Source: Arachnia propionica (GTDB lineage Bacteria > Actinomycetota > Actinomycetes > Propionibacteriales > Propionibacteriaceae). From it: a stretch of 64,000 nucleotides of DNA. Each line of letters starts with the position of its first letter. The first letter of the stretch is position 1. The notes under the pieces were generated by a model. That model did no database searches. It saw only the letters and a program-made list of their open reading frames with translations, and was not told the DNA's origin. This document shows, one piece after another, positions 9,681-19,153 of this stretch. Both the position numbers and the translations under genes were made by a program. The stretch is from positions 88,312 through 152,311 of the forward strand of contig NZ_RQZG01000007.1 of NCBI RefSeq assembly GCF_003859805.1. The letters are read 5' to 3'.

Positions 9681-10901
9681 TCACTGCCACCACCGTCGCA
9701 ACCCATCGAGACGGCACAACATCTCGACGGCCTCCGGGGCACGCCTGTCTCCCGGAACCAGCGCCCCCGGGAGCACCCGGGTGCGCCCCGAATCCTCCAC
9801 GACAACCACCTGCCGACTCCGAAGCATCGTGTGCATGGAGCTCTCGCCCACCCTCGTGAGCTGTCCCCGGCACCACACCGCGAAGCCACGCACCCGGTGC
9901 CAGGGAATGGTCCGACGCCAGAACACCCGCGAGATGTGGACCCCGTCGTCGCCGATGCGGGTCTCCCCGAAGAGGAGGCTGATCAGGAACACCACCACAC
10001 CCAGGCTGCCCCCGGCGACGATCAGGAACCAGATCATGAGGGCGGTGGGAAACCCGGGGAACCCCTTGCCCACGGCGAGGAGGATCCCTGCCATGTGGCC
10101 AAGCACCCCGGCCACCAGGAAGATGACCATCGTGCAGAGCGCCTTGAACCACACAGGTGTCCGGAACACCTGCTCGCTCCCTGCGGACAACGGGATGCGG
10201 TCGGCGTCATGACGACGCACGACCTCACTGACGTCAAGGGGCTGTCCCGACGCGATGCCGAGCACTGCACCGTCGGGCAGCACCGCCACGTGACGTCCTG
10301 GCCTGAGCGGCGCGAACCGGTACCCGAGATGATCGACGGCGCTGCCGTCCGCCGGCCAGCCGCGCCCCCGGTGCACCACGGACTCGTCGATGGCCATGAA
10401 GGCCGTTCCCTGCCCGGTCGAGATCCGCTGGCCGATCACCTGGGCGGCCGCGTACGCCTCCTCCTGTCCCGCCTCGGGCGGCAGGATCAGGGCCAGGGTC
10501 TCGACCTTCTTCGTGAGGTAGTCCAAGGAGTCGATGATGATCCCCAGATCGGCCTGCCACCACAGGGCCCCACCCGCCATGAACTCGGCATGGCTGCGAC
10601 GAACCCGCCTCCGCTGCATGACGGCGGGGACGACGATCCCGAGCAGGCAGCCGACGGCGGTCAAGGAGCTCACCACCGCGATGATCAGCATCGGCGGCGT
10701 CGCGAAGGAGAACCGGCCACCCGCCGCGGAGAGGATCAGGATCACCGGCACCCACATCGCGCCGGCGGCCAGGGAGGACAGCACGAAACCGATCCACAGG
10801 ATCACCAGCCGACCACACGGACGACGCCGGTCCCACGCATTCCTCATGAAGAAACCACGATCCTGCACCTGGGTGTTCAGTTCTCCCGGATTCAACCCCA
10901 T
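9681..10901 (-). CDS. Polytopic membrane protein with a bacterial PH (YdbT/bPH_2-like) C-terminal domain; paralogue of 11544..12806
   Basis: Two TM clusters plus a cytoplasmic region and a C-terminal ...RVFWRRTIPWHRVRGF... motif. It starts MGLNPGELN..., paralleling the paralogue's MGVKNGAMD.... It shares blocks with the paralogue (ALWWQADLGIIIDSLD vs ELCWQADLGIVIDAVD; GQRISTGQGTAFMAI vs GQRIAAARGTSFMAV; HLGYRFAPLRPGRHVAVLPDGAVLGI vs DLGHRFAPMGPGRYVAVLPDGAALGI). Confidence 0.6.
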   Translation of the reverse strand: MGLNPGELNTQVQDRGFFMRNAWDRRRPCGRLVILWIGFVLSSLAAGAMWVPVILILSAAGGRFSFATPPMLIIAVVSSLTAVGCLLGIVVPAVMQRRRVRRSHAEFMAGGALWWQADLGIIIDSLDYLTKKVETLALILPPEAGQEEAYAAAQVIGQRISTGQGTAFMAIDESVVHRGRGWPADGSAVDHLGYRFAPLRPGRHVAVLPDGAVLGIASGQPLDVSEVVRRHDADRIPLSAGSEQVFRTPVWFKALCTMVIFLVAGVLGHMAGILLAVGKGFPGFPTALMIWFLIVAGGSLGVVVFLISLLFGETRIGDDGVHISRVFWRRTIPWHRVRGFAVWCRGQLTRVGESSMHTMLRSRQVVVVEDSGRTRVLPGALVPGDRRAPEAVEMLCRLDGLRRWWQ

Positions 10902-10956
10902 GGCCTCATTCTTCACATGGGTGGGGTCATTCCACGAGACATCTGGGATGCAGCCG

Positions 10957-11448
10957 TCACCTGCGCCCCGTCGCTCTGATGGCGGCAGCAAGGAGCTTCC
11001 GCACCGAATGGGTGTTCACCCAGCGTGGCACCTCACGTCGATACTGCTCGAAGTCGTCCGCGAAGGCCTCGGCCAGTGCCGCTTCCTCCTCCGGGATCTG
11101 GAGACGATCGATGACCAGGCCGAACGCTGCAGCCGGGAGAAGTGCGACGGCCGACCTGCGGAGCAGGGCGTGAGCGACCAGTGCACTCGTCATCCCGACG
11201 TACATCGGATTGCGGGTCACCTGGTTCGGCCCACTGGTCACCAAGGACCTCACAGCGCCGACATCGACCGGATCAACGGTGGTGCGCTGTGCCCGAAACC
11301 TGAGGACGCTGCCGCCGATCAGCCACGCTGCCGCGGCCCACCATGGTGTGCTCGCCGCAGCTGAGCCCCAGGTGCCCTTCTGCCCTCTGCAGATCCCGTG
11401 CTGCACTGTGGCCGCAGCCAGCAGCAGCACCACCGGGGGAATCCTCAC
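10957..11448 (-). CDS. Isoprenylcysteine carboxyl methyltransferase (ICMT/PEMT)-family membrane methyltransferase
   Basis: 163-aa hydrophobic protein with ...TSGPNQVTRNPMYVGM..., resembling the ICMT/phospholipid-methyltransferase H/RNPxY motif. It is sandwiched between the two paralogous membrane proteins on the same strand. Confidence 0.6.
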   Translation of the reverse strand: MRIPPVVLLLAAATVQHGICRGQKGTWGSAAASTPWWAAAAWLIGGSVLRFRAQRTTVDPVDVGAVRSLVTSGPNQVTRNPMYVGMTSALVAHALLRRSAVALLPAAAFGLVIDRLQIPEEEAALAEAFADDFEQYRREVPRWVNTHSVRKLLAAAIRATGRR

Positions 11449-11543
11449 AGTCCACTCCTGTCACCAAGAACCGGTCCACTCTCGCAGAGTATCCACCATC
11501 CCACAAACCCGCGGCATGGGATCGTCGGGTCCGCTGCGGAGGA

Positions 11544-12806
11544 TCACTGCCGCGCACGTCGGAACTCATCGAGCTGGCACAGTCGCTCAACGACCCATTG
11601 AGGCCGCGCCTGTCGTCGGCGACTCCGGTACTCCAGTCCCGACAACCTCCTGGCCCGACCGCTCCGATCGACCACGACGATCTGGTACAGGTAGCCAACG
11701 TTCCCGTGGTGCTCCGAGCCCCAGTTGGACTCATTCGACCGATCACTCGTCCCGCTGCGCATCACGCCGAAACCCCGTACCTGGTTCCACGGCAGCGACC
11801 ATCGATGCAGCGGGCTCATCATGTGGATCCCCTCGGTGGCGACGAGGGTCTTGGCGAACAAGCTGTTCAGCACATACACCAGCAAGGGGATCAGGGCCGC
11901 GGGTATGGTCCAGGAAATGACCCGGAAGAACACGCCGGAGGATGTGCTGAACGAGCGCCACAGGCTGTGGCTGCCAAAGGCCATGAAAGCGATGCAGACC
12001 AGGACCGCCAGCTTGGCCAGGACGGACTGACGGAAGACCATCTCGCCACCGGAGCACCTGAACTGTGGCTTCCTGCCCTGCTCCTGCACGATCCCGCTGA
12101 CGTCCAGCGGCTGTCCCACCCCCGGGTCGATGCCGAGAGCCGCACCGTCGGGCAGCACCGCAACGTAGCGTCCCGGGCCCATCGGGGCGAACCGGTGCCC
12201 GAGGTCGTCAACCCCGACCCCATGCCTCGGCCAGTCCCGTCCGGTCTGCACCAGGGTGCTCTCGACGGCCATGAAGGATGTCCCTCGGGCCGCAGCGATC
12301 CGTTGCCCGATCACCGCTGCCGCCTGCTGTGCCTGATCCTCTGACGCGTCGAGCGGCAGGATCAGTCCCAGCATGGCTACCTGCTTCGACTCGTTGTCCA
12401 CCGCATCGATGACGATCCCGAGATCGGCCTGCCAGCACAGTTCACCCCCTTCCTGGAAGGCAACGTAATCGCCACGCCTCCAGAACAGACGCCCGATGGC
12501 CGGTACCACGAGCACGAGCAGGCAGATGACGGAGACGATGCCAAGGAGCAACATCCCGAACAGCAGCGACACCCCCGTGTCGAAGTACGCATTCCCCTTC
12601 GGTCCCGAGTTGTTCGGAAGGTCCCGCAGCATCAGGTGCAGCGCGACCGCTCCCGAAAGGGACAGCAGGAACAGGACCGCCGACACCACGACGGTGGTTC
12701 GGGAGCGTCTCCGTCTGCCCACGTGCCGCTTGAAGAAGCCGGGATCACGCAGTTGGGTGAGCAGGTGGTCCGCGTTCGGGTCCATGGCCCCATTCTTCAC
12801 ACCCAT
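11544..12806 (-). CDS. Polytopic membrane protein with bacterial PH-like C-terminal domain; paralogue of 9681..10901
   Basis: See the paralogue. The C-terminus has ...WSLPWNQVRGFGV...; same architecture, ~35-40% identity by eye. Confidence 0.6.
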   Translation of the reverse strand: MGVKNGAMDPNADHLLTQLRDPGFFKRHVGRRRRSRTTVVVSAVLFLLSLSGAVALHLMLRDLPNNSGPKGNAYFDTGVSLLFGMLLLGIVSVICLLVLVVPAIGRLFWRRGDYVAFQEGGELCWQADLGIVIDAVDNESKQVAMLGLILPLDASEDQAQQAAAVIGQRIAAARGTSFMAVESTLVQTGRDWPRHGVGVDDLGHRFAPMGPGRYVAVLPDGAALGIDPGVGQPLDVSGIVQEQGRKPQFRCSGGEMVFRQSVLAKLAVLVCIAFMAFGSHSLWRSFSTSSGVFFRVISWTIPAALIPLLVYVLNSLFAKTLVATEGIHMMSPLHRWSLPWNQVRGFGVMRSGTSDRSNESNWGSEHHGNVGYLYQIVVVDRSGRARRLSGLEYRSRRRQARPQWVVERLCQLDEFRRARQ

Positions 12807-12859
12807 GGGTTCACCCCTGTCGTGAAAAAAATGTCAGACCCACCTGCAACCCTTGGACC

Positions 12860-14062
12860 ATGAGCATCACTTCCCTGATCCTGGCCCTGGCAGCCCTCCT
12901 GGTGGGGGCGGCGCTGGGATACCTCGCTGCCCGCTCCGGCCTCCACTCCCGCGCGGTCAGGGCGGAGGCGGAACGCGACGCGGCCCTGCAGCGCGCCGTC
13001 GACATCGCGGAGGACCGCTCCCGGATGGCGCTGGAGTTCCGTTCGATGTCGGCGGATGCATTGGAGAAGCAGACCCGGCTGTCCGACGAGGCCACCGACC
13101 AGCGGCTGGCCCCGGTGAACGAGGCCCTCCGGTTGCTGCAACACCGACTGATGGAGGTGGAGCAGCAGCGCGCCAGCCTGTCGGCCGAACTGCGGACCCA
13201 GGTGGAGGGGGTGCGGCAGTCCTCCGAGGCGGTGCGCAAGGAGGCGCAGTCGTTGGCGACGGCGCTGCGGAATCCTCAGGTGCGGGGCACCTGGGGCGAG
13301 ACCTCACTCAAACGGATCGTGGAGATCTCCGGTCTGGTGGAGCACTGCCACTTCGAGACCCAGACCAGCTACACCACCGAGGACGGCCATCGGTTGCGCC
13401 CGGACATGCGGGTGGATCTCGCCGACGGGCGCGCGGTCTTCGTCGACTCCAAGGTGCCGTTGGCTGCGATCATCGAGGCCTGTCAGGCCGAGACGGAGGA
13501 GGAGCGCAGCGCCCAGCTGCGTCGTTTCTCACGCCACATCCGCACCCACATCGATCAGCTCTCAGGCAAGGAGTACTGGGCCCTGGATGCCGGTAGCCCG
13601 GAATTCGTCGTGCTGTTCCTCGGCAGCGACGAGTTCTACCGGCTGGCCCTCGATCAGGAACCCGGGCTCCACGAGTACGCGGCTGCACGTCGGATCACGC
13701 TGGCCGGGCCGGGGCTGCTCATCCCGTTGCTGCGGACCATCTCCCACGGCTGGCGGCAGTCACGTCTGGCGGAGTCCGCGGCCCAGGTCAGTGCGCTGGG
13801 ACGGGAGTTGCACTCCCGGCTGTCGACTCTGGGAGCCCACTTCGACAAGCTCGGCAGTTCTCTCGGCACGGCGGTACGCAGTTACAACGCAGCCGTGGGT
13901 GCCCTGGAGTCACGGGTGCTGGTGACGGCTCGTCGTCTCGAGGCACTGCAGGTGGCCACCGATGAGTTGCCACAGCCCCGCGCCGTGGAGGAGGGGGTGA
14001 GGCAACCGGTCGCCGCCGAGCTGGTGGGTGAGGCGGCAACCGAGCACAATGGGACACCGTGA
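12860..14062 (+). CDS. rmuC: DNA recombination protein RmuC
   Basis: N-terminal TM helix, long coiled coil, the RGTWGETSLKRIVE block and a C-terminal nuclease-like region, all typical of RmuC. Confidence 0.85.
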   Translation: MSITSLILALAALLVGAALGYLAARSGLHSRAVRAEAERDAALQRAVDIAEDRSRMALEFRSMSADALEKQTRLSDEATDQRLAPVNEALRLLQHRLMEVEQQRASLSAELRTQVEGVRQSSEAVRKEAQSLATALRNPQVRGTWGETSLKRIVEISGLVEHCHFETQTSYTTEDGHRLRPDMRVDLADGRAVFVDSKVPLAAIIEACQAETEEERSAQLRRFSRHIRTHIDQLSGKEYWALDAGSPEFVVLFLGSDEFYRLALDQEPGLHEYAAARRITLAGPGLLIPLLRTISHGWRQSRLAESAAQVSALGRELHSRLSTLGAHFDKLGSSLGTAVRSYNAAVGALESRVLVTARRLEALQVATDELPQPRAVEEGVRQPVAAELVGEAATEHNGTP

Positions 14063-15327
14063 CCACACTGCCCGAACTCGCCGCCCTGGTCCCCGACGCC
14101 CGTCTGAGGCTGACCGGGGTCGCACGCCAGACCCCCGTGGAGATCAACCTGCGCCTGACGGAGGCCACCGGCTCCGAGATCTGGGTCAAGCGGGAGGACC
14201 TGCAGCCGGTGCGTTCCTACAAGCTGCGCGGGGCCTACAACCTCATGGCGCAGCTGAGCGACGAGGCTCACGCGGCCGGGGTGGTGTGCGCCTCGGCGGG
14301 CAACCACGGGCAAGGGGTGGCGTTCGCCGCGGCAGCTCTGGGGATGACGGCCACCGTCGTGGTGCCGACCACGACACCTCGGCAGAAGCGGCAGCGCATC
14401 CAGGCACTGGGCCGGGGCCATGCGGAGCTGCTGCTGGAGGGTTCCACCTACGATCAGGCCTCGGAGGCGGCGGCTCGGCTGGCTGCCGAGCGCGGCAGCA
14501 CCGTCGTGCCGGCCTTCAACGACCCCCGGACGGCCGCCGGTCAGGCCACGGCCATCGCCGAGGCCATCGAGCAGCTGGGGTTCGTCCCGGATGTGGTGGT
14601 CCTGCCGGTGGGTGGCGGTGGTCTCCTGGCCGGAGCCGCATCCTGGCTCAGGACCCACCATCCGGAGGTGCGGATCGTCGGGGTGGAGCCCGACGGCGCC
14701 CCCTGCGTGGCAGCTGCGATCTCGGCGGGGCGCCCGTTCGCCCTGACCACCATCGACACCTTCGTCGACGGTGCCGCGGTCAGCCGGGTGGGCGACTTCA
14801 CCTTCGAGATCATCCGTCAGGCGGATGTCGAACTGACCCGGGTACCGGAGGGCCAGGTGTGCTCCGAGATGCTGGCGATGTACCAGAGTGACGGCATCAT
14901 CGCCGAACCCGCCGGGGCCCTGGCGGCCTCCTGCCTGCCGACCGGCGGGGTCGGTCCGAGGATCCACCTCCCCCACGGCTCGAAGGTGCTCAGCATCGTC
15001 TCCGGTGGCAACAACGACGTCTCCCGCTACGCGGAGGTGGTGGAGCGTTCCCTGGTGCACGAGGGCCGCAAGCACTACTTCCTGGTGGAGTTCCCGCAGG
15101 AGCCGGGGGCACTGCGTCGGTTCCTCGACGACGTGCTCGGCCCCGAGGACGACATCACCTACTTCGAGTACGTGAAACGCTCCAGCCGTGAGGTGGGCCC
15201 GGCCCTGGTGGGGGTGGAGCTGAGCAACCCGGGCGACTACCGCTTCCTCATGGATCGCATCGCCGAGTGCGGCATGCAGGTCTCCGAGGTCGACTCCACC
15301 AGCCCGTACTTCCGCTTCCTGGTCTGA
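14059..15327 (+). CDS. ilvA: Threonine ammonia-lyase (threonine dehydratase), short biosynthetic form with one C-terminal regulatory domain
   Basis: PLP-fold motifs: SYKLRGAYN (Lys) and GVVCASAGNHGQGVAFAA. It has a C-terminal ACT-like domain; 422 aa. It overlaps the rmuC stop by 4 nt. Confidence 0.9.
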   Translation: MTTLPELAALVPDARLRLTGVARQTPVEINLRLTEATGSEIWVKREDLQPVRSYKLRGAYNLMAQLSDEAHAAGVVCASAGNHGQGVAFAAAALGMTATVVVPTTTPRQKRQRIQALGRGHAELLLEGSTYDQASEAAARLAAERGSTVVPAFNDPRTAAGQATAIAEAIEQLGFVPDVVVLPVGGGGLLAGAASWLRTHHPEVRIVGVEPDGAPCVAAAISAGRPFALTTIDTFVDGAAVSRVGDFTFEIIRQADVELTRVPEGQVCSEMLAMYQSDGIIAEPAGALAASCLPTGGVGPRIHLPHGSKVLSIVSGGNNDVSRYAEVVERSLVHEGRKHYFLVEFPQEPGALRRFLDDVLGPEDDITYFEYVKRSSREVGPALVGVELSNPGDYRFLMDRIAECGMQVSEVDSTSPYFRFLV

Positions 15328-15734
15328 CAGGATCACGAGCCGCGGCGCGCCCCGCCCTGCGCCACGAGGTCGAGCACCCGCACGTCGCCCTTGGGAAGGA
15401 CCGATCATGGCGTACACGAACCGCCGCTCTGCTTCCCTGAGCCCGCCGATGACAACGCTGCCATGGAAGCAGGACGGCGGTTCGCGACCCTGGCAGTTTC
15501 GCCTGTCTCGTCCTGGCGTCAGCCACCCTGACCCACGAGGCCCGTTCCAGCAACAGCGGAGCAACCTACCCAGATCCGCTGTTACCGCCTGCCAGAACAC
15601 GCCTCCGCTTCTTCTCCGTTGGCCGAACCAGAGCGTGAGCACCAGCGAGCCATCCGAGACCAGACCTCTGCCCACGCTGCAGGACCTCGACTTGAGGGGG
15701 AATCCCACGGTGTCTCGGCACGGGCCTCCGCAAG

Positions 15735-16697
15735 CTACGTCAGGTCGTGCTTCTTGATGGCGCGGCGCAGTTCGGGTGGCAGCGCGAAGGTGAGGTTCTC
15801 CTCCGTCAGGCGCTCCTCCTCCGCCTTCGGGAAGCCCCGTTCCTCCAGGTGGTCGAGCACCCCCTGGACCAGTTCATCGGGCACCGAGGCACCGGAGGTG
15901 ACACCGACGGTCTCCACCCCGTCGAGCCACTCGGGCCGGATCTCTGAGGCGTAGTCGATGCGCTCGGAGCGCTTCGCCCCGGCCTCGAGCGCGACCTCCA
16001 CGAGCCGCACCGAGTTCGACGAGTTGCGCGAACCCACCACGATCATGAGATCCACCTTCGGCGCGATCTGCTTGACCGCCAGCTGCCGGTTCTGGGTGGC
16101 GTAGCAGATGTCGTCCGACGGCGGGTCCTGCAACAACGGGAACCGGGTCCGCAGCCGGGAGACGGTCTCCATGGTCTCGTCGACGCTCAGCGTGGTCTGC
16201 GACAGCCACACCAGGGGCTTGTCGGTGGGCATGTCGAGGTGGTCCACGTCGTCGGGATGCTCCACCAGGGTGGTCCGCTCCGGGGCCTCCCCCATCGTGC
16301 CCTCGACCTCCTCGTGTCCCGCGTGACCGATGAGCAGGATGTCGGTGTCCTGGCTGGCGAACCGCTTGGCCTCCCGGTGCACCTTGGTCACCAGCGGGCA
16401 GGTGGCATCGATGGTGCGCAGCTCCCGCCGGGCGGCCTCCTCGTGCACCGCCGGAGAGACCCCGTGGGCGGAGAAGACCACCAGGGCATCGGTGGGCACC
16501 TCGTCGAGCTCGTCGACGAAGATCGCCCCGCGCTGCTCCAGCGTCGAGACCACGTGCTTGTTGTGCACGATCTGCTTGCGCACGTACACGGGCGGGCCGT
16601 AGGTCTCCAGCGCCTTCTCGACGGTGACGACGGCGCGGTCGACCCCCGCGCAGTAGCCCCGGGGGGCCGCGACGATGACCCGCTTGGTGTTGCTCAT
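15735..16697 (-). CDS. ispH: 4-hydroxy-3-methylbut-2-enyl diphosphate reductase
   Basis: [19 protein letters not shown] is the N-terminal Cys ligand region, followed by further conserved IspH/LytB blocks. Start set at MSNTKR (16697). Confidence 0.9.
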   Translation of the reverse strand: MSNTKRVIVAAPRGYCAGVDRAVVTVEKALETYGPPVYVRKQIVHNKHVVSTLEQRGAIFVDELDEVPTDALVVFSAHGVSPAVHEEAARRELRTIDATCPLVTKVHREAKRFASQDTDILLIGHAGHEEVEGTMGEAPERTTLVEHPDDVDHLDMPTDKPLVWLSQTTLSVDETMETVSRLRTRFPLLQDPPSDDICYATQNRQLAVKQIAPKVDLMIVVGSRNSSNSVRLVEVALEAGAKRSERIDYASEIRPEWLDGVETVGVTSGASVPDELVQGVLDHLEERGFPKAEEERLTEENLTFALPPELRRAIKKHDLT

Positions 16698-16738
16698 GCG
16701 TGACAGTGTACGAGAGGTGACGAACCTGACCGCGTCGC

Positions 16739-17728
16739 TCAGCCGTCGTGACGGCGCATGAAGTCCAGCGCGGCGGCCCCGACCTCGTCGGGCTGCTCCA
16801 TGGGCAGCGAATGCGATGCGCCCGGCCACACCGTCGCCTCACCCACGGGAAGCAGGTCCGCACGGGCCGCTGCGACCACCGGGTCGGTCAGCACGGCGCT
16901 GTCCCCGGCCAGCGACACGTGGAGGGGCACCGGGTAGCCACGGAGCTGTTCGTCGCTGAACAGCTCGGGCAGGGACCGTGCGGAGGAGTACCCCTTGGTC
17001 CCGGCGTCGATGAGTTGAACCATCGTGTCATCGGGGTCGATGGGCCCTCCGCCGATCCGTTCTAGGGCCGCGTCCCGCCAGGACTGTGGCAGGAAGGGCA
17101 GCGCGGCGGGCAGGGCCTCGAACAGGACCTCCGGGCGCAACCCCGAGAGCACCTGCGCCGGGTCGAGAAGGGTCACCGACGCCACCCGCCCCGGCTCGTG
17201 ATACCCGAGGTTGGCAGCCAGCCAGCCACCGAACGAGTGCCCGACGACGTGGGCCCGGGACACACCGATCCCGTCGAGGGTCTGGCTGATCCACCGGGCC
17301 TGGTCCTGGCTCGAGACGATGGGAACGCTCTGATGACTCAGCCCCGCATCGCCCAGGGCGTCGAGGGCGTAGACGGGGCGATCGGCGGCGAGGACGGGCA
17401 GCAGTTCCCGCCACATGGGGATACCGGAGCCCCAGCCCGGGAGCAGCAGGATGGGAGTGGGGTCGCCGGTTCGGGGCCCGGGGAAGCGGACGATGTGGAC
17501 CATTCCCCAGTCGGTCGGCACATCCCAGGTCCGGTCCACCGGGGGCAGTTCAGCCATCAGTTTCTCGTAGGCGGCGACGTAGGCGTCGCGGCTGGAACGG
17601 CTGCGCCACCGTCCGATCTGCGGTCCGCGCGGCCACAGCAGCACCACGTTCAACAGCACGGACAGCACCAGAACCGTGACCATCCAACGGCGGCGACGCC
17701 GCGACTTGGTTTCTCGCTCCACAGCCAT
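16739..17728 (-). CDS. Alpha/beta-fold hydrolase
   Basis: N-terminal TM anchor and a nucleophile elbow VVGHSFGGW. Start set at MAVERE... Confidence 0.75.
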   Translation of the reverse strand: MAVERETKSRRRRRWMVTVLVLSVLLNVVLLWPRGPQIGRWRSRSSRDAYVAAYEKLMAELPPVDRTWDVPTDWGMVHIVRFPGPRTGDPTPILLLPGWGSGIPMWRELLPVLAADRPVYALDALGDAGLSHQSVPIVSSQDQARWISQTLDGIGVSRAHVVGHSFGGWLAANLGYHEPGRVASVTLLDPAQVLSGLRPEVLFEALPAALPFLPQSWRDAALERIGGGPIDPDDTMVQLIDAGTKGYSSARSLPELFSDEQLRGYPVPLHVSLAGDSAVLTDPVVAAARADLLPVGEATVWPGASHSLPMEQPDEVGAAALDFMRRHDG

Positions 17729-17780
17729 GACAATACAATTGCACTGTAACCGTTGCAGTGCAAGTGCATTGGAGGCACCC

Positions 17781-18338
17781 ATGCCGAGAATCGTCGACAC
17801 TGACGCCCGTCGCGACGAGATCTGCCGGGCCGTCTGGGCAGTCATCGCCCGCAACGGCATCGAGGCCGTCACGCTGCGCGCGGTGGCCCGTGCCGCCGGA
17901 GTCTCCGTGGGACGGATCCAGCACTACTACCCCAGCCGCGAGGAGATGCTGCACGACAGCTGCCGTCGGATTCTCGACCTCGCCGCCACCGTCGCCGACG
18001 ACACCCGGGGCACCGTCGCCGCACGACTCAGCCGCTGCCTCCACGCCCAGATCCCCACCACCCCACAGTTCGCCACAGGGGTCACCGTGTGGCTGAGCTT
18101 CGTCGCCCAGGGAGCCAGCGACCCGGGGATCGCTGAGCTTGTCCGCCACGGCCACGAGGCAGGGGTGGCGACGATCGCCGACCTTCTGCGCGACCTCGGG
18201 GCACCTCACCCCGAGCAGACGGCCCTGCACCTCCAGGCCCTTACCGAGGGTTTGGCCCTCCGCGTCACCTCGGGCAGCCTCAGCCCCGACGCGGCCATCT
18301 CGGCCCTGGATGAGGCCCTGGCCGCACTCACCCGATGA
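17781..18338 (+). CDS. TetR-family transcriptional regulator (divergent from the hydrolase gene)
   Basis: N-terminal HTH ICRAVWAVIARNGIEAVTLRAVARAAGVSVGRIQHYY, which is a TetR_N signature. Confidence 0.8.
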   Translation: MPRIVDTDARRDEICRAVWAVIARNGIEAVTLRAVARAAGVSVGRIQHYYPSREEMLHDSCRRILDLAATVADDTRGTVAARLSRCLHAQIPTTPQFATGVTVWLSFVAQGASDPGIAELVRHGHEAGVATIADLLRDLGAPHPEQTALHLQALTEGLALRVTSGSLSPDAAISALDEALAALTR

Positions 18339-19092
18339 CTGCCGGGACCAGGATGGCCGCCAGAATGAGTGTCGTGACGATCTCCCACCTCCCCAGGGCC
18401 TTGGCCGTCACCGGTCGGCCACGCATCGCCCCGAGCCAGGGCACGAGCCAGGCCCTGAGCGTCGTCGCCGCGAAGAAGGCGACCAGCCACCAGCGTCCCA
18501 GTCCGACGTCCCAGACGGCGAACAGCACCGTGAACGCCAGGTGCCAGGCCACGGAGTAGACGATGAAGTCGACGCGCCCCCGCTCCCGGATGTTGGTCTT
18601 GACGTAGAACACGGTGCCGAAGAAGTAGCCGAAGCACACCAGCGCCACCCCGTACAGCGTCGGACTCACCACCAGCGGCAGCAGACAGGCCGCGGCGACG
18701 GTGACCAGATCGGACAGCAGCGAACGTTCGTCGCGTCGCCACGAGAACCACAGTCCCGCTGCCGTGAGCGGGCCGAAGACCAGCCCCCAGACCCACCACT
18801 GGGGCTGCAGCGCCAGCAGCACGATCCCCAGTGCTGCGGTGATGCCGCCGTAGGTGGCGACGGCGTTGCGGTAGCGCGGCTTGAAGCGCGACTTCAGCCA
18901 CAGCCCGGCTGCGAAGAAGGCGAAGTAGCCGAGCAGCCAGGTCGGCCCCAGCACCGCGACGGCGGGGTGGAACTCACTCGAACCACCGGCCCAGATCAGC
19001 GCCAAAACGTAGGGCAGGAGGACCATCGCCCACGCCCCGTGGTGATTCGGGACCCACCCCTGGGAGCGCCCCCGGCCCTGTGCTCGCACCAT
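18328..19092 (-). CDS. Integral membrane protein (YwiC-like family)
   Basis: ~8 predicted TM helices, Trp/Leu-rich, no soluble domain. Confidence 0.5.
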   Translation of the reverse strand: MVRAQGRGRSQGWVPNHHGAWAMVLLPYVLALIWAGGSSEFHPAVAVLGPTWLLGYFAFFAAGLWLKSRFKPRYRNAVATYGGITAALGIVLLALQPQWWVWGLVFGPLTAAGLWFSWRRDERSLLSDLVTVAAACLLPLVVSPTLYGVALVCFGYFFGTVFYVKTNIRERGRVDFIVYSVAWHLAFTVLFAVWDVGLGRWWLVAFFAATTLRAWLVPWLGAMRGRPVTAKALGRWEIVTTLILAAILVPAVIG

Positions 19093-19153
19093 GCCCCGAT
19101 ACTAGGGACCCTGCGGTGAGCGGGGGGTTGCGGGGCAGGTCGTCGCGAAAACG

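Noticed and set aside
7238-9859. 873-aa ORF on the + strand
   Set aside because: It is antisense to well-supported ychF and M18 aminopeptidase genes. Its Arg/Pro/Gly/His-rich composition is typical of spurious high-GC antisense frames.
13882-15708. 608-aa ORF on the - strand
   Set aside because: Antisense to rmuC/ilvA. It has a low-complexity Arg/Gly-rich translation and no recognisable domain.
15407-15757. 116-aa + ORF with a plausible RBS in the ilvA-ispH gap
   Set aside because: GC3 (~65%) is far below that of neighbouring genes. The translation is Ser/Pro/Arg-rich and it overlaps the ispH 3' end, so it is more likely non-coding.
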